From positions 6,622 through 70,621 of the forward strand of contig CAYHDV010000002.1 of NCBI GenBank assembly GCA_964355515.1: a stretch of 64,000 bases of DNA. The letters run 5' to 3'. Under the pieces are notes generated by a model that saw only the letters and a list, made by a program, of their open reading frames with translations, did no database searches and was not told the DNA's origin. The stretch is from an uncultured Candidatus Saccharibacteria bacterium (GTDB taxonomy: Bacteria; Patescibacteriota; Minisyncoccia; Phycocordibacterales; CSBR16-119). A program made the translations under genes and the position numbers. Position 1 is the stretch's first letter. Each line of letters starts with the position of its first letter. Shown piece by piece: positions 59,505-64,000 of the stretch.

Positions 59505-60821
59505 ATGACTGAGAAAAAAAACATATTTCAAACAGTACTCCTTGTTGTTTTTGGCTTTGGTATTGTCCTTGCGGTTACTTTGTTTTCTTTATCAAAGGCT
59601 ACTTCTTCCAAGAATGTTTCAAATGTCGTGTTTTGGGGGACATTTCCTCCCAGCTCTATGCTGGAAGCACTTGACCTTATAAATGATAATTCAGAAACAA
59701 ATTTTGTATCTGTTACCTATGTAGAGAAAAATCCCGAAACTTACAATGCAGAACTTGTGGAAGGATTTGCCTCAGGGACAGGTCCTGATATTTTCCTCAT
59801 AAATCAAGACATGATTGTTCCATATCAAAACAAAATTTCTCCTCTTCCATATGAGAGTTTCCCAGAAAGAGATTTTGCACTTAGATACACCGATGGTGCA
59901 AAAATCTTTCTTTCAAACGAAGGAGTATTCGCCTTTCCTTTGGGGGTGGATCCTCTGGTGATGTATTACAACAAAAGCATGTTCAATACTGCTGGGATAG
60001 TGAATCCTCCGTCTCTGTGGTCACAGTTTAGTGGACTAGTTCCTCTTCTCACAAAAAAAGATGAAAACAAAAATATCCTCAAAAGTGGTCTTGCCTTTGG
60101 TCAATTCTCAAATATCCAATATGCAAATAATATTTTAGAAACAATGCTACTCCAGCTGGGTGACCCTATCGTAGTCCGAGACGCTGTGGGCAATTTTTCT
60201 TCTGTAGTAAACAATTCAAACAGCACCGCCACAAATCCCTTGATTCTTTCTATGGAGTTTTTTACCAACTTCTCAGACCCTCTTCTAGACACGTATTCTT
60301 GGAACAGCGCACTATCTAGTGCAGAAGATATGTTCGTTCAAGATAGACTTGCCATATATTTTGCGCCAGCGAGTCGTTTTCTGGATATCCAACGAAAAAA
60401 CATAAACCTTAACTACGATATATCAAAAATCCCCCAAGTAAATGAAAACACAAACTTCGTTACCTCAGGTGAGTTTTATGCTATTGCTGTTGCCAAGAGC
60501 TCGAAGTCTCCTCAGGCATCTTTCACAGCTGCGAACCTCATTTCAAATGGTCCTGCCACAAATTCTATCGTTAGTGCAAATAAGCTCGCTCCAGTCCGAA
60601 GAGACCTACTAACCACAAACCCTCTAGACTCGTACGGGAGAGCGCTCCGAGAATCTGCCCTTATTTCTTATACATGGCTAAACCCAGACGCGGGAGCGAC
60701 TCAAGCCTATTTCAAAGAAGCGATAGATACTGTTGTTCGTGGTTCTGTGAGCGCTTCTGCTGCTGCAAGAAGAGTAGATAGTCAGCTTGTATTATTATTA
60801 AATTCTTTTAACCAAAAATAA
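59505..60821 (+). CDS. Membrane-anchored extracellular solute-binding-type protein
   Basis: N-terminal TM, GTGPDIF, PLGVDPLVMYYNK. Confidence 0.85.
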   Translation: MTEKKNIFQTVLLVVFGFGIVLAVTLFSLSKATSSKNVSNVVFWGTFPPSSMLEALDLINDNSETNFVSVTYVEKNPETYNAELVEGFASGTGPDIFLINQDMIVPYQNKISPLPYESFPERDFALRYTDGAKIFLSNEGVFAFPLGVDPLVMYYNKSMFNTAGIVNPPSLWSQFSGLVPLLTKKDENKNILKSGLAFGQFSNIQYANNILETMLLQLGDPIVVRDAVGNFSSVVNNSNSTATNPLILSMEFFTNFSDPLLDTYSWNSALSSAEDMFVQDRLAIYFAPASRFLDIQRKNINLNYDISKIPQVNENTNFVTSGEFYAIAVAKSSKSPQASFTAANLISNGPATNSIVSANKLAPVRRDLLTTNPLDSYGRALRESALISYTWLNPDAGATQAYFKEAIDTVVRGSVSASAAARRVDSQLVLLLNSFNQK

Positions 60822-60823
60822 TT

Positions 60824-61276
60824 ATGAAAGCTTTATTAAAAAGATTCTTACTGGTTCCGCTTATCTTATCTCAATTGTTTTTCTTGCCGGGTAGTGTGCT
60901 GATTGCCAATGCGGCTGAAAACGGTACACCAGGGCACATAATCCCAGACTGCAATCAGGGGGTAAATAGTGATGGTCAATTCACAAATAGCTCTGGAGTG
61001 GAAGACGCTTGTGACTTTGAGGACCTCCTACAATTAGTGAGAAACCTTATTCGGTTTATGGCTCTGTACCTCACAGCTCCAGCCCTGACTATTGCTATAG
61101 CATACGCTGGGGCTCTACTTCTTTTCTCTGGTGGAGGAAATGAAGGGAAGAGAAAGGAAGCAAAAGATGTATTTGAGAAGGTTATACTGGGGCTTATAGC
61201 CATGGTAGCCGCGTGGTTTATAGTAGAAGCAATATACACAGGTCTAGGGTATGGAGGATTTCTGCAGTTTAGCTAG
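60824..61276 (+). CDS. TrbC/VirB2-like pilin 1
   Basis: Signal peptide plus two TMs joined by SGGGNEGKRKEAK. Confidence 0.75.
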   Translation: MKALLKRFLLVPLILSQLFFLPGSVLIANAAENGTPGHIIPDCNQGVNSDGQFTNSSGVEDACDFEDLLQLVRNLIRFMALYLTAPALTIAIAYAGALLLFSGGGNEGKRKEAKDVFEKVILGLIAMVAAWFIVEAIYTGLGYGGFLQFS

Positions 61277-61404
61277 TGTATACTAGGTATGTACTTTTTG
61301 ATTTGGTTCTTTGAGCCATAAGCCAAAAAGAAAAACAATTATTTTTTAATTAATAAAAAGGTGAGGCCTTCTGCGAAAAAGCTGGTGGAATCCCTTCTAA
61401 TATA

Positions 61405-61812
61405 ATGAATTTATTTTTAGTAAAATTATATAATCTACTGAATCCTCTAAGTGTTTTTGCTCAGCACGATGGCTCTAACTCAACAACTTCTACTGGAGGT
61501 GTTGTTGAAAACATCCAAATAGAGTTTACAAACCCTCTAGGAGGCAATGGCACAAATCCTCTCGGGATAGATAGCCTTACAGAGCTTCTCTCTGCATTAC
61601 TAAAAATTATAATCACTGTAGGGATTCCACTTGTGGTCTTGGCTATTATCTATACTGGATTTCTCTTCGTCTCTGCGATGGGGGACAAAGCAAAGATAGA
61701 GGAAGCCAGAAGAGCTTTTCTTTGGACAGTTGTAGGAGCTATTATTATACTTTCATCTTGGGTTATTGCAGAAGCCATAGAAGGGACAATTACTCAAATT
61801 ATCAACTCATAA
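61405..61812 (+). CDS. TrbC/VirB2-like pilin 2
   Basis: NPLG..IIYTGFLFVSAMGDKAKIEEARR..VVGAII. Confidence 0.8.
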   Translation: MNLFLVKLYNLLNPLSVFAQHDGSNSTTSTGGVVENIQIEFTNPLGGNGTNPLGIDSLTELLSALLKIIITVGIPLVVLAIIYTGFLFVSAMGDKAKIEEARRAFLWTVVGAIIILSSWVIAEAIEGTITQIINS

Positions 61813-61821
61813 CAATTTATT

Positions 61822-62373
61822 ATGATAACTAACTCTATTAAAAAAATATTTGTAAGTACATTGTCTGCCTTTGCAATAATATCTTTTATTGTTTTGGTAC
61901 CCAATTATTCTTTGGCTCAAACACTGGAAAACCCTTTTGGTAATATAAACAACACACTAGGGAATACCCAGCTTGAGGGTGGAGATATTGGGAATTTTGA
62001 TCCTGGGCAAACAACCTTGGGAGGGAACTATATACCTGGGACTGGATATACCCCTCCTTCTGGTGGTTCAACTGGTGGCACTTGTAGTACTGTCTATGTG
62101 TCAGGAACAGGTCTTGGGGGTATCTTGGATCTTATAGGGTGTTTTTTCCGGTCTATTATTCCACTTCTTGTTACCGCAGCGGTAATTGTTTTCGTATATG
62201 GAGTTGTAAACTATATCCGAAATGCAGATAGTGCAGACCAAAGAAAAGAGGGAGGGATGTTTATGCTTTATGGGGTTATCGCCTTGTTTGTTATGGTTTC
62301 TATTTGGGCTCTCGTGGGTATCCTGGGGGCGACCCTTGGGGTGGATGCTGTTCTTCCACAGTTGCCAGAATAA
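61822..62373 (+). CDS. TrbC/VirB2-like pilin 3 with Gly/Thr-rich insert
   Basis: FVYGVVNYI..RKEGGMFMLYGVIALFVMVSIW. Confidence 0.8.
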   Translation: MITNSIKKIFVSTLSAFAIISFIVLVPNYSLAQTLENPFGNINNTLGNTQLEGGDIGNFDPGQTTLGGNYIPGTGYTPPSGGSTGGTCSTVYVSGTGLGGILDLIGCFFRSIIPLLVTAAVIVFVYGVVNYIRNADSADQRKEGGMFMLYGVIALFVMVSIWALVGILGATLGVDAVLPQLPE

Positions 62374-62446
62374 AAGCTTTACATTTGCCAGTACATGATA
62401 TAATCAAAGAGTATTTTATTAGTTATTAGTTTAATATTGAATTTAT

Positions 62447-62803
62447 ATGAAAAAAATTATTTTATCAATGACAGGTCTTATGGCTCTTGCACCAGCATTT
62501 GCTTTTGCACAAACTCAGCCAACATTATTTGACATATTGACACTTAAAATAGCGCCAATCTTGAATGCTATTATTCCACTTCTTATCACAGCCGGAGTGA
62601 TCTTCTTTGTTTTGGGAATTGTGCAATATGTTATTGCTGATGATGAAGAAGCAAAGAAAAAAGGAAAAGACAGAATGCTATACGGTATTATTGGACTCTT
62701 TGTTATAGTTACTTTCTGGGGACTTGTAACAGTTCTTCAAAACACTCTTGGTATATCTGCTCCTAGTGTTCCTCCAACAATTAATATCAACCCATCACAA
62801 TAA
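62447..62803 (+). CDS. TrbC/VirB2-like pilin 4
   Basis: AFA signal, FFVLGIVQYV..KKGKDRMLYGIIGLFV. Confidence 0.8.
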   Translation: MKKIILSMTGLMALAPAFAFAQTQPTLFDILTLKIAPILNAIIPLLITAGVIFFVLGIVQYVIADDEEAKKKGKDRMLYGIIGLFVIVTFWGLVTVLQNTLGISAPSVPPTININPSQ

Positions 62804-62815
62804 TTTTCTTTTATC

Positions 62816-63148
62816 GTGTTTCTTCTACCATACATAGCCTTTGCTGCTCCTGAAAATATAAACGAGCTTGTTCGAGTGATAAACAAATTTATCATCAATC
62901 CTATAATCGTTTTGCTTTTTATTGGTGCACTATTGTTCTTTGTATGGGGACTGATCATGTTTATCAAAGATAGCGCGAGTGCTGATGGACGTACAAAAGG
63001 TGCAAACAATATCATGTATGGGCTTCTGGGTATGCTTATCATGGTTTCAGTATTCTTTATACTCGGAGTCATCATGGACACCTTTGGGGTTGATAATATC
63101 AACTTAAATCCAGGAGCAGATCAGGACTTCGTGACTATTGATCTATAG
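62816..63148 (+). CDS. TrbC/VirB2-like pilin 5 (start uncertain)
   Basis: IINPII..FFVWGLIMFI..RTKGANNIMYGLLG. Confidence 0.75.
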   Translation: MFLLPYIAFAAPENINELVRVINKFIINPIIVLLFIGALLFFVWGLIMFIKDSASADGRTKGANNIMYGLLGMLIMVSVFFILGVIMDTFGVDNINLNPGADQDFVTIDL

Positions 63149-63209
63149 AAAAAACACCAGAGAAATCTGGTGTTTTTTGTATGGGGAAATCTGAGAGTTC
63201 ATCTTTTTT

Positions 63210-63356
63210 GTCATTCCCGCATGTTCGGGAACCCAGAACACCTCAATATTCTAATTTTTTGTCCTCCCTGCGTAGGCGGTACTTCAAAATACCTTAATAT
63301 TCTAATCTTGTGTCATCCCTGCGTAGGCAGGGATCCAGAGTATCTAGATATTCTAA
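63210..63356 (+). repeat. Three tandem 51-bp units, each starting with a REP-like palindrome
   Basis: GTC starts at 63210, 63261 and 63312; shared ATATTCTAA linker. Confidence 0.8.
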
Positions 63357-63449
63357 ATGGACGGGTTTCTATTCTAAAATCAAAGAAATAAAAAAGCCCC
63401 GCGTGAAATTCACGCGGGGCTTAAACTCAAGGCTTACTTTTTTGATCCA

Positions 63450-63998
63450 TCATTTCTGGTTTGCTATCATGGAAGCGATCAATGCTTCGGTGGCACTACT
63501 GGTGCCACCTCCACCACCTGAAGAGGTAAAAATAACCTCTTTCACTGAGCCTCTTATCTTGAGCATTCTCTCAATGGCTGCATGGATGTCTTTATCCGGC
63601 ATTTTTGCGTATGGATTTTTTACCCCTCCTTCGTAGAGATCAACCACTTTTCCATCTTTTATGAACTTTCCAGATCGTAATATGCTGGCAACTTTCGCGA
63701 CAGTCGTGATCTGGGCCTCTTGTCCTTCTCTTTCACCAAGCATGATGATTTTTCCTTCTCTTGCCTTTAGTACTTCAGGATTGATTGCAAGAGTTTTTTG
63801 AGGGAGTACCTTAATTATTTTAATTCCCCACTCAACAACATCGACAGATCCATCGCCACAGTCAGTGCAAGTAAGTCCATGCTTATGAGTGACTGCTTTG
63901 AAAATTGCTTCTCCAAAAGAAAGTTCCTTATACGGACTTTCGTTTTTGGAACATTTTTCTGAATCATCAATCTGTTGGTATGTGAAAGAATCTGCTAC
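63450..63998 (-). CDS. C-terminal part of a protein running off the window (possibly SPFH/band-7-like)
   Basis: Frame of ORF 63450-63743 stays open to the window end; family guess rests only on WGIKIIKV followed by an E/A-rich helix. Confidence 0.6.
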   Translation of the reverse strand, partial: VADSFTYQQIDDSEKCSKNESPYKELSFGEAIFKAVTHKHGLTCTDCGDGSVDVVEWGIKIIKVLPQKTLAINPEVLKAREGKIIMLGEREGQEAQITTVAKVASILRSGKFIKDGKVVDLYEGGVKNPYAKMPDKDIHAAIERMLKIRGSVKEVIFTSSGGGGGTSSATEALIASMIANQK

Positions 63999-64000
63999 AT

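Noticed and set aside
63210-63356. CRISPR array
   Set aside because: Only three units, divergent repeats, mutually similar linkers and no cas genes

Overview
AT-rich (genetic code 11) chromosomal segment that looks like a Patescibacteria/CPR (Parcubacteria-type) bacterium, inferred from the short S1, ProRS and Fmt, general lack of Shine-Dalgarno motifs, and the SBP plus VirB2-like pilin cluster. Housekeeping blocks (rpoC-dnaG-rpoD; rpsB-tsf; proS-mreB-mreC-tgt; uvrB; engB; hpf; def-fmt; lepB-hisS; pth; rpsA; gyrA) alternate with self-contained hypothetical genes. The main items missed by the ORF track are: (1) tRNA-Asn(GUU) split inside its anticodon by a 580-nt group I intron carrying an HNH ORF; (2) a roughly 6.5-kb variable island downstream of that tRNA, punctuated by a short palindrome family that truncates genes and by start-less protein tails resembling serine-recombinase att junctions; (3) a four-copy, ~160-nt structured repeat with compensatory stem changes and a possible pseudoknot; (4) unannotated micropeptides, including a hyper-basic plus hyper-acidic pair; (5) a possible miniature 6S-like RNA; (6) tRNA-Thr(UGU) with tandem 3' relics and an extended acceptor stem. 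All calls were made by eye; no database search or folding program was run.
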